A stretch of DNA of 64,000 bases from Octopus vulgaris (lineage: Eukaryota), in assembly GCA_951406725.2 (NCBI GenBank), contig OX597814.1:160146001-160210000 (forward strand), written 5' to 3'. Made by a program: the position numbers and the translations under genes. The notes beneath the pieces were generated by a model. That model was not told the origin of the DNA and made no database searches. It saw nothing but the letters and a program-made list of their open reading frames with translations. Positions 13,570 through 26,314 of this stretch are shown here, piece after piece. Every line of letters starts with the position of its first letter. Position 1 is the stretch's first letter.

Positions 13570-14585
13570 GGTTACAGAGTCGGTAAAAATACTTTGTAAC
13601 ATTCGTTCCGGCTTTTTACGTTCAGCATTCAAATCCCGCCGATGTCAAATTTGCCTTTCATCCTTTCGTGGTCGATAAAATAAAATAACAGTCAAATAGT
13701 GAGATGGATAATATCAGATCAAATCCGTCTCCCTCCCCCCTCTCTCTCTCCTAACAAAATGACCGGCCTTGTGTTTGAATTTGAAAATATTAACCCCTCA
13801 GAACTGGACCCCTGGCGGCCTTCGGGCTAAAACATTTTTAAGGATTTAAGGATTTATAGTTGGATATGCAGTTCAAGAGTAACGATTGTAGACAAACTAA
13901 TGCATAAAATTGGCTGCATCTTCTTTTTCAATGTATATTATTCATTACGAGAATCCAGCAGAGAAGACATTTAAACTATTCCCGCTATAGCAGGAATCCA
14001 GCAAGATAGGATTAATGAGGTCTAAAAAATGGCAGCCAGTTAGCAGAATCATTAGAGCATCGGGCACATTTTTGTTCCAGCACTTATTGAAATCCTATCG
14101 AGAACTTTTCAAACTTTCGGATTCGATAAAACACATAACCAGTCAAGTAGTCGGCAGATAATATCAATTGCCCACCTTCTTCTTCCCCTTAAAACTTCGA
14201 GTCTTGTGCCTATTTAAGCGGCTGACTGGCAGTATCGCTAGAGCGTCGGATAAGATGCCTTTCGGTATTTTTTCCGGCTCCTTTACTGCAATTCTCACCG
14301 TCCCTGCGGGGTCGATAAAATAAGGTACCTCTCAAGTACTTGATTTAACCGACTAACCCCATTCCCTCGAAAATTACTAGCAAAATCAGTAGAGCATCGG
14401 AAAATTTCTTTGAGGTATTCGTTCCAGTCCTTTACTTACCGAGTTCAAATCTCAATTGACTAAGTGTGTCTTTCATCCTTCCACGAATGATAAAACACCA
14501 ATCAAATATTGGGAATCGAAGGTATCGACTACCCCATCCCCTTTTACCAAAATTCCTGGCCTTGTGATTAAAGTACAAACCATTA
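13570..14585 (+). mobile_element. Cluster of about four degenerate SINE family A copies
   Basis: Recurring GGCAGAATC.TTAGAGC.TCGG heads and CTTTCATCCTT..GGTCGATAAAATAA cores near 13600, 14040, 14230, 14390. Confidence 0.6.
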
Positions 14586-15263
14586 TACACTAGCCTTGAG
14601 TCTAAATCAGACACAATTAGTTTTAGTTTTAAATTAGGCGCAGGAGTGGCTCTGTGATAAGTATCTCGCTTACTTCACAGGAGAGTACGGGTTTTCTTTT
14701 TCTTTTTCACTCTTGGAAGTCACGTCGTTCGACGTTGAAATATTGAAAAATTGAAGCACGACAACAGATAAGGCGTTTGTTTTTTGGGAACCTCAATGAG
14801 GTCTGTTGTTTGTATGTAATAATTTGTGTCGAACAAGGGTCTCCACTGGGTTCGAGATATTTGTCTGCCTGTGGTCTGTGAAAAGACTCACTGTGTAGTG
14901 AGAATTGTGTTTTTTGGGAGGCGTATACCTCCGGAAAAGTTATTGCGAAAATTGTCTTCTTTTGACTGTGTTCGTGCCCTGGATTTACCTTGGATTTACG
15001 GAGGCGGCCAGAGTTGGATGAAAGTAGAAAATTTTGTGCTGTAACGAATTATTAACGTTCACGTGGATTACTGGAGTAGCAAAATTGTGTGCCATTCGAA
15101 CTCTCTTTCTATTGTGAATTATCTTCCTTCATTTTTTCTTCTCTTTTCTATCATTCCGTCCTTTTTTTTTTTTACTATCATTGACTTTATTATTGACTTC
15201 AGTTGAACATTTTTTGGACCTATTGTTTGCGAACTATTTGACCTCTTCTCTTCTTCCATAAAA

Positions 15264-15960
15264 ATGGCAAAGAAAACTTTGGAATGGGAGATTAAACCAC
15301 CAGAAAAGTGGTTGAAGGATTTCAACGAGAGGACCGTGGTGTTGAGAACCCATTGTAGGTCTCTCGACACCATTACCGTTTTCTCGCGCAATGATATTGA
15401 AAATGAGTTGGCAGGGTTCCTGTCAACTTTTAGGTTTATCCGTAGGGGTGCGAAGTACGCAACTGTGTGCGTGTTTTTCGACACCCCAGCGGTGGCGCAA
15501 AAATTCGTAAGCCAACTTTTGTTTCTCCCCACATACGGTAGGCAAAAACTGATAAGAGCTTGGGTGTATGGGCTGCTATGGAGCCCGAATGGATAGATGA
15601 TTCTATCCGTCAGGGGCTGGGTGGCAGCACCGCCAAGCTTTTGAATATGAAAATTCTACCTGCGGCTGATTTGGTCGGGTCAAAAGCAATTTTGGCCCTA
15701 TGGACCCAATCAGCCAATGATCTGGTGTTACCAGGTTTCTTAACGATGGCCGGTTCCAGGTACCCGGTGATCCTTGAGGGACGCCCCCCCCCCCAAGTGT
15801 CACCTGTGCCTGGAATGGGGCCATATAAAGAAAAACTGTCGTAGGGACCAGGCAAAGGTCCTGGAACAGTTAATTGTTGAGGAGCCCCCCGCTCCCCCAT
15901 TAGAGGGAGAGAGGGAGCAAGTCGAGGAGGTTACAAAAGGAAGAAAAAGAAAGTTGTGCA
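15264..15960 (+). pseudogene. Frameshifted gag-like ORF1 of an L1/Tx1-type retrotransposon with CCHC zinc knuckle
   Basis: Three consecutive frames (15264-15596, 15560-15844, 15774-) read through to YPVILEGRPP/KCHLCLEWGHIKKNC (Cx2Cx4Hx4C); frameshift in a poly-C run at ~15785. Confidence 0.65.
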
Positions 15961-16464
15961 ACAATGGTTGCCCACCGATGGATCCTGAGGCGACGGGAGG
16001 GAAGGAGGGACCTCCGGACAACTGGAACTCAACTGGATGGCCAGAACGAGGTGCGTCTTTGAGGTCAACATTTCAATTTTTGAACTTGGCATACCAATCA
16101 CGAGCGGTTCTTTTCAGCTTTTGTACCTTCTCCATATATAACACAAATGTCGTGAGCGGCTTTTGCGGCCTTAGAACCTTGATTAAAAGCAAAAAGAAGG
16201 AGGTGCCGAAAATGTTCGTTTTTCTTAACTTGACATTCCATTTTAATGATCTGAAAATAAACAAAAATTAACTAAAATTAACTAGAAAAAAAAAAAGATT
16301 CCAAAATGATTCAAAAATAGAATTCTCGAAAAAAATAGATTCCAAAATTTAAAAACTCAATAAATTCCCAAATTTAAAAAGACGGCGGGAACTTTGTTGC
16401 GAGCCCAATATATATATACGCACACACGAATATCCTCTACGTATCTACATAGCTACATACAAAA

Positions 16465-16778
16465 TGAACGTATGTATGTACGTACGTACGTACGTATGTA
16501 TGTATGTATGTATGTATGTATGTATGTATGTATGCATGCATATTTGTCGATAGGTAGGTAAGAAGTTAGTTAATTAGTTAGTTAGTTAGTTAGTTAGGTA
16601 GGTAGGTAGGTAGGTAGGTAGGTAGGTAGGTATGTATGTATGTATGTAGGTAGGTAGGTAGGTATGTATGTATGTATGTATGTAGGTAGGTAGGTAGGTA
16701 GGTAGGTAGGTAGGTAGGTAGGTAGGTAGGTAGGTAGGTAGGTAGGTAGGTAGGTAGGTAGGTAGGTAGGTAGGTAGG
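16465..16778. repeat. (TATG)n/(TAGT)n/(TAGG)n tetranucleotide microsatellites
   Basis: Direct read. Confidence 0.95.
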
Positions 16779-16889
16779 CGTTTGTAAAACAAATAGGGGA
16801 AATCGAACTCAGTGCAAGAGTATGTATAGTTTTTCAATCGGTAGAAAAGTTACAAAAGCGACGCAAACGCTAAGGGTTTAAGTGGCACG

Positions 16890-17765
16890 TACGAGGTGGT
16901 ATCAAAAGGTTCCAGGGCTAGTTATGTCTAATCGGAAATAACTTATTTACCTAAGTTTTAACACCTTCTTCTTCAAAATAGTCACTTTGCTCAGCAATAC
17001 CCCGGTCCCAACGTTCCTGCCACTTTCGGAATCCGGCCTGGAGGTCGTTTTCCATAAGCAACTCAAAGACCTTCTGCGATTCGCTCTGGATCTCGACTAC
17101 GATGTTAAAACGACGACCTTTGAGCTGCATTTTCATTTTGGGGAAGAGAAGGACGTCTGCAAGTACTAAATCTGGAGAATAGGGCGGGTGCAGAAGCGAC
17201 ACCATGTTGGTTTGGCAAGAAGAATTCGGTGAAGAATCCAATTCTTCGCGCTCTTCAGATCCGGTCGTTTTCATCAAACACCCTCCTCAAATGCTTCTAA
17301 ACGTCGCTATAAAACTCTCGATTGATGGTATCGCCCTGGGGGACGAATTCGCAATGCACAATACTACATTTCGGTGGGTGACACTCGTAGCAGGTCATCC
17401 AGGTCACTCATCGTCTACCAGTAATGTTCATCCGCTTTTGAAGCGCCCATGCCACTCGAAACATTGCGTACACCCTATTGCATCGCCGCCGTATAGTTGT
17501 TGAATCATAGCCCAGTGTCTCTGTAGAAAACTTGCCGAGTTTAACGCTAAATTTCATGTTGGCTCTTTCTTCCAGTCCAGGAAAAATCGCAGACTGCAGC
17601 ATAAAACGTGATCACAAAAAGCACAAATTTCACAACTTGCGAAGTAAACACAGCAATGTCACTCGGCACACTGCCTCATGAAGACCATTGGTAGCTTACA
17701 CTACGCAGGCACCAGTGTGCTGTCATCTGCTGGCGCGCTACAGAACTTTTTGATACCAACTCGTA
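16890..17765 (-). mobile_element. Degenerate mariner transposon with TIRs and TA target duplication
   Basis: TACGAGGTGGTATCAAAAGGTTC / GAACTTTTTGATACCAACTCGTA; remnants EERANMKFSVKLGKFSTETL and HPPYSPDLVLADVLLFPKMKMQLKGRRF. Confidence 0.9.
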
Positions 17766-17818
17766 TGAAACTCTCATCCTATGAGTCACATTGTGATTTT
17801 CTGCTGATTACGCAGGCA

Positions 17819-17858
<40 letters not shown>

Positions 17859-17873
17859 TACTCATGAGTGTGT

Positions 17874-18160
17874 GTGAAGGTGCATGGCTAAGTGGTTAGA
17901 GTGTCGGGCTCACAATCATGAGGTAGTGGGTTCGATTCCCGAACTGGGCTGTGTGTGTTGTGTTCTTGAGCAAGGCACTTTATTTCACGTTGCTCCAATT
18001 CACTCAGTTGTAGAAATGAGTTGCGACGTCACTGGTGCCAAGCTGTATCGGCCTTTGACTTTCCTTTGGATAACATTAGTGCCGTGGAGAAGGGAGGCTG
18101 GTATACATGGGTGACTGCTGGTTTTCCATAAACAATCTTGCCTGGACTTGTGCCTCGGAG
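17874..18160 (+). mobile_element. SINE family B
   Basis: A-box TGGCTAAGTGG, B-box GGTTCGATTCC; close match to 41215-41548. Confidence 0.85.
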
Positions 18161-18550
18161 TAGATACACAGCCGACAACTGATGAAGGGTCGTTCTTTGT
18201 GTTACTTGTCCAATTTTTTCTCCCGTTGTTTGCGTATTTAACTCGCTTGTTTTCGTATTTCATGTTGTTTACAGTTTGTGACGTATTGTACCCATATACG
18301 CATATACAGAATATTCCCCTTCATCAGTTGTCTCTGTTTCATCTACTCCGCATTTCGAAGGCAGGCTCGAAACGCGGAGTAGGTGAAACAGGGACAACTG
18401 ATGAAGGGGAATATTCTTTATCTTGTATGTCTCGTTTCTCGGTTCGTTTTTTTTTTCCGTTGTTCGAAAAAAAGTGCATTTTCTATGTTTTTGTTTTTAT
18501 GTTTTCGTTTCTCATTGTGTTCAATGTTTTTTTGATGTCCTGTGCCCATA
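18161..18550. mobile_element. Penelope-terminal-like repeat family P2 including a 110-bp palindrome
   Basis: GACAACTGATGAAGGG motif three times; 18165-18300 recurs inverted at ~42500-42650; 51-bp inverted arms at 18308-18417. Confidence 0.6.
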
Positions 18551-18754
18551 TATGCATGTATATATTCATATATATGTAGGTATGTACATATATGTATGTA
18601 TATATGAATATTTTTATATGTTATTTATATATATATATATCCTCCTTCTTTCTTTCCTTTCCTGAGCGTCCAATAACACTATGCTTGATCCACGTCCTCG
18701 CGTTGTTGTGTTTTCTCTTTGTATTTCCATGTTTGGATTAACTATATATATATA

Positions 18755-18987
18755 TAAATTCAACAACAATTGAGGAATGGCCTTAATAGGCCATTCGACC
18801 CACTAGAAAGAGCAGCCAGTACTCAAACCGCCAAGTAGTAGTAATTCAGAAATTAAAGGAAAATTTAAAAACATTTACCCTAATTCATCTTTAGACAATG
18901 CATTGTTTCGGTGTTTTTAATGGCAAACCAGCTTAATTAAATTAAATTAAGTCAATCTACCAAAGGCTACACCTCATCGGTAAAGAG

Positions 18988-18990
<3 letters not shown>
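18755..18990 (+). repeat. Unclassified interspersed repeat in (TA)n
   Basis: Diverged inverted copy at ~37630-37860 (GGCCATTCGAC.CAC.AGAAAGAGCAGCC; GACAATGCATTGTTTCG; TTAAATTAAATT..GTCAATCTACCA). Confidence 0.75.
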
Positions 18991-19031
<41 letters not shown>

Positions 19032-19355
19032 AAATGTATGTATATTATAAGTAAGTTTTGGTGAGTCATCCTGGACTGCTGAGCTCTATAGGCTTTTTTT
19101 CATTATCTCCCTGTTTTTATCCTCTTATTCCTTTCTGTTCAAGAGCATGGGCTCGAAACGTAAAAGACTTCTTCATTTTTCCCGAGCGCCAAACTAATAC
19201 ACTTGCTTGTTGTTCATACATCTGTCTTCGTCTTTTGTTTTTCTATAAATTTCAACGATATATCAATTGATTTCTCTAATCATTTCAATGATGTTTCATT
19301 ATCTTCCAGTGTTTTACTTCAGTTTGGGAGAATAAGGTTCCTTAAGTTCATTCAC

Positions 19356-19430
<75 letters not shown>

Positions 19431-19739
19431 TCATACAGAGTTAGGTATACGCAGTTACACTCGCAATTAATCACGCACACATATTCCCTCTCTCTCACTC
19501 TCTCTCTCTCTCTCTCTCTCCCCCTCTCTCTATATATATATATAGAGAGAGAGAGGCAGAACCACTGAGGGATAGGAGAGGCAGTCGCTGTATGCGAACT
19601 TCTTAAAATTTATTGCTTAAATGTAATGTAATACTATCACACATAAACAGACATATATATATATATAGGTACATATCTATGTATATATATATGTGCGTGT
19701 GTGTATGTATATATATATGTGTATATATATTCTTTTATG

Positions 19740-19775
<36 letters not shown>

Positions 19776-19821
19776 CATATATACAATATATATATTTATA
19801 TTATGTATATATGCATACTGT

Positions 19822-19854
<33 letters not shown>

Positions 19855-19967
19855 CATACATACATACATGCATACATCCATACATACATAAATACATGAA
19901 TAGTTGAACATGTGAGTGAATATGAATATTTCTGTGTACGTATATAAATGTATAAATATATGTGTGC

Positions 19968-20002
<35 letters not shown>

Positions 20003-20201
20003 CGTGTGTGCGTGTGTGCGTGTGTGTGTATGTATATATACACACGCATACATATCTACTAACATACGTACCTACAAGCATTCGCAGAAATGCAAGGATC
20101 TATGTCCAGCCACGTGGTTCCGTGTTCGTACTCGTAGCGCACAGCATTTGTTGTTAGATAATATAGCCACAGATAGACTTTAAAATCTATGCTAAGTTAA
20201 T

Positions 20202-20269
<68 letters not shown>

Positions 20270-20575
20270 TATGTGAGTGTGTATGTGTGCGTGTGTATGT
20301 GTTTGTGTGTGTGTGTGTTTGTTTTTGCATGTAGGTATATTCCTATCAGCCTGTTGTGTTCCTTGTTTACTCGAGTAAACCGGCATTGTTATTCCTTTGT
20401 GACAAAGCGTAACTTAGCGATTCAACAACTAACTAGAAATCGATAGAACACGTACTGCTTGGACGCAGTCCAATGCAAAAATTAAAGAACCGATAGAAAA
20501 AAATGAGGATAAATATTTTTCGTTTTCTGTGTTTATAGAATCACATACTTACCCCTGCATATATATGTGTGTGTG

Positions 20576-20635
<60 letters not shown>

Positions 20636-20948
20636 ATATACATATGTAAAAGTAAAAAACATACAAACTGGGACAAGAACGTGAAACATTTAGAAGACGA
20701 CACAAAAAACACGGACAGGACATTCGAATGTATGTATGTATGTATGTATGTATGTATGTATGTATGTATGTATGTATGTATGCATGTACATATATATACA
20801 TATAAATTTATATATGCGTGTGTGTATGTGTATATATATCTATGTATGTATGTATGCATATATGTATGTATGTATGTATGCATATACATAGATATATATA
20901 CCTTTATATATGTATGTATGTATATATACATATACATACATATTAATT

Positions 20949-21003
<55 letters not shown>

Positions 21004-21527
21004 TCTATTAATATTTGTTGTCCAATCAACAGTTTACAAATTAAAACTTGTCACCTGGAAGAAGGAAGACGGACAGGTGTGGTACTTTGTCGATTGCTTC
21101 AATGCTACGAGTTTTGTAAATATGAATAACAAGGCCGGCTGTTCAAAGAAGTAGGCGTGGCTCTAGACTACCTCTCGCTCTTTTCATTGGTTCGTTTGCA
21201 TAAAGCTGTCAGACGGCTGCTGCTGCTTACTCTTCGCTTATATTTCTTCTATATTTTACCTATATTCGCCTTTCTTGGCCTTTCTTGAGTATTTTGTTGT
21301 CGTATATGCTTATTGATGTTGCTGTTGCTGTTGGTCTTGTTGTTGTTATTGTTGATTGTTGTGATGGTGGTGGTACTGGTGCTGGTGGTGTCGGTGTAAA
21401 ATCAGAACTATAATAATCATTTCAGGCAAGACAGAATTTCAGAACTGATGGATCTTGGGAAAAATAGGCGTGGCTAAGCAAAACCGTAAACTATAGTACA
21501 GAAATGCGTGCTTATAGTGAAAGTAAC

Positions 21528-21562
21528 ATTGATGATGATGTTGATGATGATGATGTTGATGA

Positions 21563-21596
<34 letters not shown>

Positions 21597-21785
21597 GGTG
21601 GTGGTGGTGGTGACACGGCGGCGGAGGTGACGGAGGCAGTGGAGGCGGCGGTAGAGAAGGCGGCGGCAGAGGAGGCGGCTACAGCGGAGGCGGCGGCAGC
21701 GGAGACGGCGGCAGCGGAGACGGCGGCAGCGGAGGTGGTTGTGGTGACGATGGTGGTGGTGCTGCTGTATTATTATTATTATTAT

Positions 21786-21823
<38 letters not shown>

Positions 21824-21898
21824 CTGGTGGTGGAGGTGGTGATTGTAGTAGTAGCAATAGTAATAATAGTAGTAGTAATACCAGCAGCAGTAGTAGTA
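21528..21898. repeat. Compound (GAT)/(GGT)/15-bp GGCGGCAGCGGAGAC-like/(TTA)/(GTA) low-complexity block
   Basis: Direct read. Confidence 0.9.
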
Positions 21899-22458
21899 AA
21901 GAGCTTCTTTTTTTTTTTTGCCCGAATTTCCACGGAACTGAAACGAGTTTCAGAACGAAGATGGATGGTAAACGGTGAAATGTGGATGAAAAAGGCACCA
22001 GCCAGTTTTTGGAGTTCTGGTCGATTTGAACACTGCTTTATAATAAATCACAAAGTTTCACTACGTTTCTCTATCAATCTTTCTATTTACCTCCCCCCCC
22101 ACACACACATTCACTCTGTCTATCGTTTTCTCTCTCTCACACACACACACACTCTCTCTCTCTCTCTCTCTCTTTATCTCTCACTCCCATTAAATATTTG
22201 GAGCAAATTCACACACAAGTACAGTTGTAAATATATATATGGAATGAGTTTATCACAGGAAGGACCTAAACTATGGAGAGAAGTCTTTAGGAATTCTATG
22301 TAGCATCCAAGACCACGTTCTACATTATTATTAAAAAAAAGATGGTGTTGTCTTGACTGGAACGCCTTCAGTCATAGACAGGTCCGTGCAATTGAGCTAA
22401 ATAACAACTAGAACCTTGGCAGTAATTACTTTAGCGCATACATACATACATACATACA

Positions 22459-22596
22459 AAGGCGTAGGAATGGCTGTGTGGTAAATAGCTTGCTTACCAA
22501 CCACATGGCTCCGGGTTCATTCCCACTGCGTGGCACCTTGGGCAAGTCTCATCTACTATAGCCTTGGACCGACCAAAGCCTTGTGAGTGGATTTGG
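22459..22596 (+). mobile_element. SINE family C 5' fragment
   Basis: AGGCGTAGGAATGGCTGTGTGGTAA...CCCACTGCGTGGCACCTTGGGCAAG. Confidence 0.8.
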
Positions 22597-22714
22597 AAAA
22601 AAGACAACAAAAACATATTTGCCTATAAAACACATAAACACACAAACACACAAACACACACACACACACACACACACACATCTATGTGGTCTATAAACAA
22701 TTAGTTGATGAAGT

Positions 22715-23184
22715 GCAGAATAGACAACACTACAGATAGAGACAAATGCAGAATTTGTGCTGAGATGGGTGAAACGGTATAGCACAACGTTAGCGAATGC
22801 CCGAAATTGGCACAATGCGAAGACAAAAGACGCCATGAGAATGTGACAAGAATGATCCATTGAGAGTCACTGAAAATAAGAATTGTAAAATTCCATGAGA
22901 TGCAAAGACCCTGTACGATCACCTGACCAGATATCGGAAACCGGACATTGCTGTGGTGATTAAAAAAGAAATAACGTGTGATGATCGACATAGCATGCCC
23001 CGGTAACAACAGGATCCATGTGAAAGAAGAAAAAATAAACAACTATGACGATTTAAAGTGGAGAAATACGAAAATTGTCGTCAATGAAGAGAGTAGACGT
23101 GATACCAATAGTAATTGGTGCACTCAACTACCAACATGACTGAAAAAGAGCGGTGCAAGTGTGAAAGTAGAACACCTTCAAAAA
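22715..23184 (+). mobile_element. Degenerate RLE-type LINE fragment (zinc knuckle + endonuclease)
   Basis: CRICAEMGETV*HNVSECPKLAQ..RRHENV; KPDIAVV; MIDIACPG; VIPIVIGAL with stops and frameshifts. Confidence 0.75.
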
Positions 23185-23460
23185 TCAGCATTGAAGATTA
23201 AGTGGATTCTTCTGACGAACTCTTCTCTTTAGTTTTGTCCACCTTTGCTCGATGATATTTAAGTTAGGGCTCCTAGCTGGCCAAACTTTCAATATGATAA
23301 CACCTTCATTAGCCAGACTCTGTTGTGTTGCACACGATATGTGGCACGGAGCTCCGTCATGCTGAAAAAGCTCACCTTCATCCAAGTCTGGTATCAAATT
23401 CTTCTTCAGCAACTGGATGTATTTAGCACTATTTACAGTTAATTAGTTACAGAAAAATTT
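23185..23460 (-). mobile_element. Tc1-family transposase fragment
   Basis: FQHDGAPCH...WPARSPNLNIIEQRWTKLKRRV (second D and E of the DDE triad). Confidence 0.85.
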
Positions 23461-23668
23461 TAACCAACTTTCCTGAACCATCAATTTTTAGGTATCCCTA
23501 AAGCATCAGACTCTTACCCCCAAACTGCAAGAATTCTTCGTAGGGTTCTCGAAGCATGACCGGTAAAACAAGTATCACCTTAGTCTGAAGGCTGTGGACA
23601 GCTGACACTTTCTACCATATCCAGCACTATAAGCTGTGAGTTTTAATACAATAATAATAATAATAATA

Positions 23669-24210
23669 GTAACCATTCTGTGGGACTTTCCAGTACATAC
23701 AGACCGAACCATCAAGGCCAATAAACCAGATATTGTTGTGAAAGACCAAAACAATAAAGTTTGCTTATTGATCGACATGAGCATCCCCTGTGATCATAAT
23801 ATCTCAGCGAAAGAGTTTGACAAGCTCAGAAAATATAAAGACCTACTCATTGAAATTGAGAAAATGTGGCATCTCAAGGCAGTTACAATACCAGTGATCG
23901 TAAGAGCACTAGGAATGATCAAGAAGGGAACCGAAAATTATATGAGAATGATCCCTGGCTTACCATCCCTGCAAGAAGTGCAAAAGATTGTCTTAACTGG
24001 TACATCACACGTATTGAGAAGAGCATTGTCGATGTGAGAACTGTTGCTGCTCATGCATTTTAATTTAACTTTAAAAAAAAAAAAAAAAATGAACGAACTA
24101 CTGAGTTTGGTTTAATGGCCTACCAATATACACTATGAGTTTCTTTGCCCTAGGAGTCGGGAAGACACTCGGCAAGAAATGGAAGAAAATTTGAAAGAAG
24201 AAAAAAAAAA

Positions 24211-24211
<1 letters not shown>
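23669..24211 (+). mobile_element. 5'-truncated R4/Dong-type LINE: RLE endonuclease domain + 3' UTR, inserted in (TAA)n
   Basis: ILWDFPVHTDRTIKANKPDIVV..CLLIDMSIP..KLRKYKDL..IPVIVRALG open to stop at 24037; (TAA)n on both sides. Confidence 0.9.
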
Positions 24212-24283
<72 letters not shown>

Positions 24284-24289
24284 TAATAA

Positions 24290-24400
24290 TGTGGAGGCAC
24301 ATGGCCTAGTGGTTAGAGTAGCGGACTCGCGGTCGAGGGATCGTGGGTTCGAATCTCAGACCGGGCGATGTGTGTGTTTATGAGCGAAATACCCAAGCTT
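24290..24400 (+). mobile_element. tRNA-derived SINE head
   Basis: TGGCCTAGTGG A-box and GGTTCGAATC B-box. Confidence 0.75.
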
Positions 24401-24429
24401 CGACATTATGTAAATAGAGGAATTTATCG

Positions 24430-24627
24430 GTAATATAATATGTGACAATTATTCGGTTGTCATAATATGACTCCGAGTTTCGGATGTCGGGACCGAAACC
24501 TGCTCCAGCATCTCGTCAGTTATGATTGCCTCGATAACTGACGAGATGCCGGAGCAGGTTTCCGCACCGACATCCGAAACTCGGAGTCTTATAATAGCAA
24601 CCGAATAATTGTCACATATTATATTAC
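24430..24627. repeat. ~94-bp-arm imperfect palindrome, each arm carrying an HHR-like motif
   Basis: Arms 24430-24523 / 24534-24627; right arm ATAA-CTGACGA-GATG...CATCC-GAAA-CTCGGAG-TC-TTAT. Confidence 0.8.
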
Positions 24628-24694
24628 ATATATGTGTGGGTGTGTGTGTGTGCATAACATTTTTCTGCCTACTTAATTATCTTTGCAACCATTT

Positions 24695-24990
24695 GTCCGG
24701 GTTCAGTCCCGCTCTGTGGCACCTATAGTCTCGGGCCGACCAAAGCCTTGTGAGTGGATTTGGTAGACGGAAACTGAAAAGAAGCCAGATTGTATTATAT
24801 ATATATATATATATACACGATGTTGGTGTGTTTACGTACCCATAACATAGCGGTTCGGGAAAAGAGACTGATAGAATAAGTATTAGGCTAACAAAGAATA
24901 AGTCCTATGGGCGATTTCTTCGACTAAAAGGCAGTGCTCCAGCATGGCTACAGTCAAATGATTGAAACAAATGAAAGAATAAAAGAATAA
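24695..24990 (+). mobile_element. SINE family C nested in the DNA transposon
   Basis: CCGGGTTCAGTCCC...GGGCCGACCAAAGCCTTGTGAGTGGATTTGGTAGACGG...CAGCATGGCTACAGTCAAATG tail. Confidence 0.85.
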
Positions 24991-26314
24991 ACCAAGAGAA
25001 TATCTTTTGCAAGGAATTTAATAATAAAATTTTATATATAAAAAAAAAAGAACTGAAAATAAATTTATTCAAGAATTATTTCTCGTTTTGCAGATCGTAT
25101 TAGAGACCTCAGCAACAATTATTCTGTAAGAGGTCCTACAGTGTTCTGCTGTTATTTCCCCAAACTTATCTTCAATAAGTGCCCTAAACCCTACTTCATT
25201 TATAGCACCTCTCCTTATCACCAAATTCTTCCAGAGAAAATATTCTCTATTGTCTTGAAAAAAGGGGAATATGGTGGAAGATACCTAATGTTATAGGTAG
25301 CTACTTCCAAATCTTCAGACAAGCCCTGTAGTGGTGAATGCTGGCGTTATCCATAATAAATACTGGATTTCTTATGCCTTTTGCCAAACAAACTGTCTTT
25401 AACTCTTGGAGAGATCTCCTAAAATCTTCACCATTTACTGCTCTCTCATGGATTTTATGGTATATCATACCATATTTATTCATGACCAGAAATGTTTCTG
25501 CTTCGTGCCGCAGGTACAGATACATATGCTGATTGTCCACACCTATTACAACGTCTGTTATCATTATCCGCTTCAAGATTCCAATAAGCGGTGGCATATG
25601 CCTTCCTGAGTTCAATTGTGCTTCGCGCATGAACCAACGTGATCCTTTTAAAAGTATAAATGAAACTGGCGAAGGTTTCTATCAAGACTACTTAGTGATA
25701 CCCGAATGCTGAACATCTCCAAGACCCAGTTAGATTACGATTTTTAGAGTGCTAGTACAATTTTGGTCTATATTGGCGAGCAATTGCACTTTAACCTCTG
25801 AACTAAGTTTAGAACGCCTATCGCCTCCGCACTTCAAAGGGAATTTGGCACCAATTTCCAGGTATCATTTTACAATACTGTTAACACTTTGGTACTCTCT
25901 TCCATACATAGAAGCTATATTGGAAACTGAATAGCCTTCCATTGTTTTTGCCACAATCCTCTCTCTGTCATCATTGGAAACTGATGTTCTCTTCTGATTC
26001 TGGGCTCTGTTAAAGATATTGGATTTTCATTCACATCGGCAGGATCATCGGCATTGATAGCAACAGGATCATCGCTAGTCATAGCAGTAGAATCACCCCC
26101 ATTTTTTAAAGCTTGTTCATTTTCTCCGTTTCGTTTAATTTCATAGACTATTGAAATTTAAAACATTTAAATTAGTTTAGTTTTGAAAGAAGCCTAGGAT
26201 GTTTTGATCGAATATATTTCGAACATTTTTTTCAAATTTAGAATTTTATTCAACAGTAACTAGCTTGTGCTATAAATTGTACAAAAGTGTATATTTAAAA
26301 TATTTCTAATTTTT

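Noticed and set aside
16586-16778. Telomeric repeat
   Set aside because: The unit is TAGG, not TTAGGG; ordinary tetranucleotide microsatellite
21504-21788. Acidic/Ala-rich EAAA protein ORF
   Set aside because: Entirely built from adjacent trinucleotide and 15-bp repeats; no splice or domain evidence
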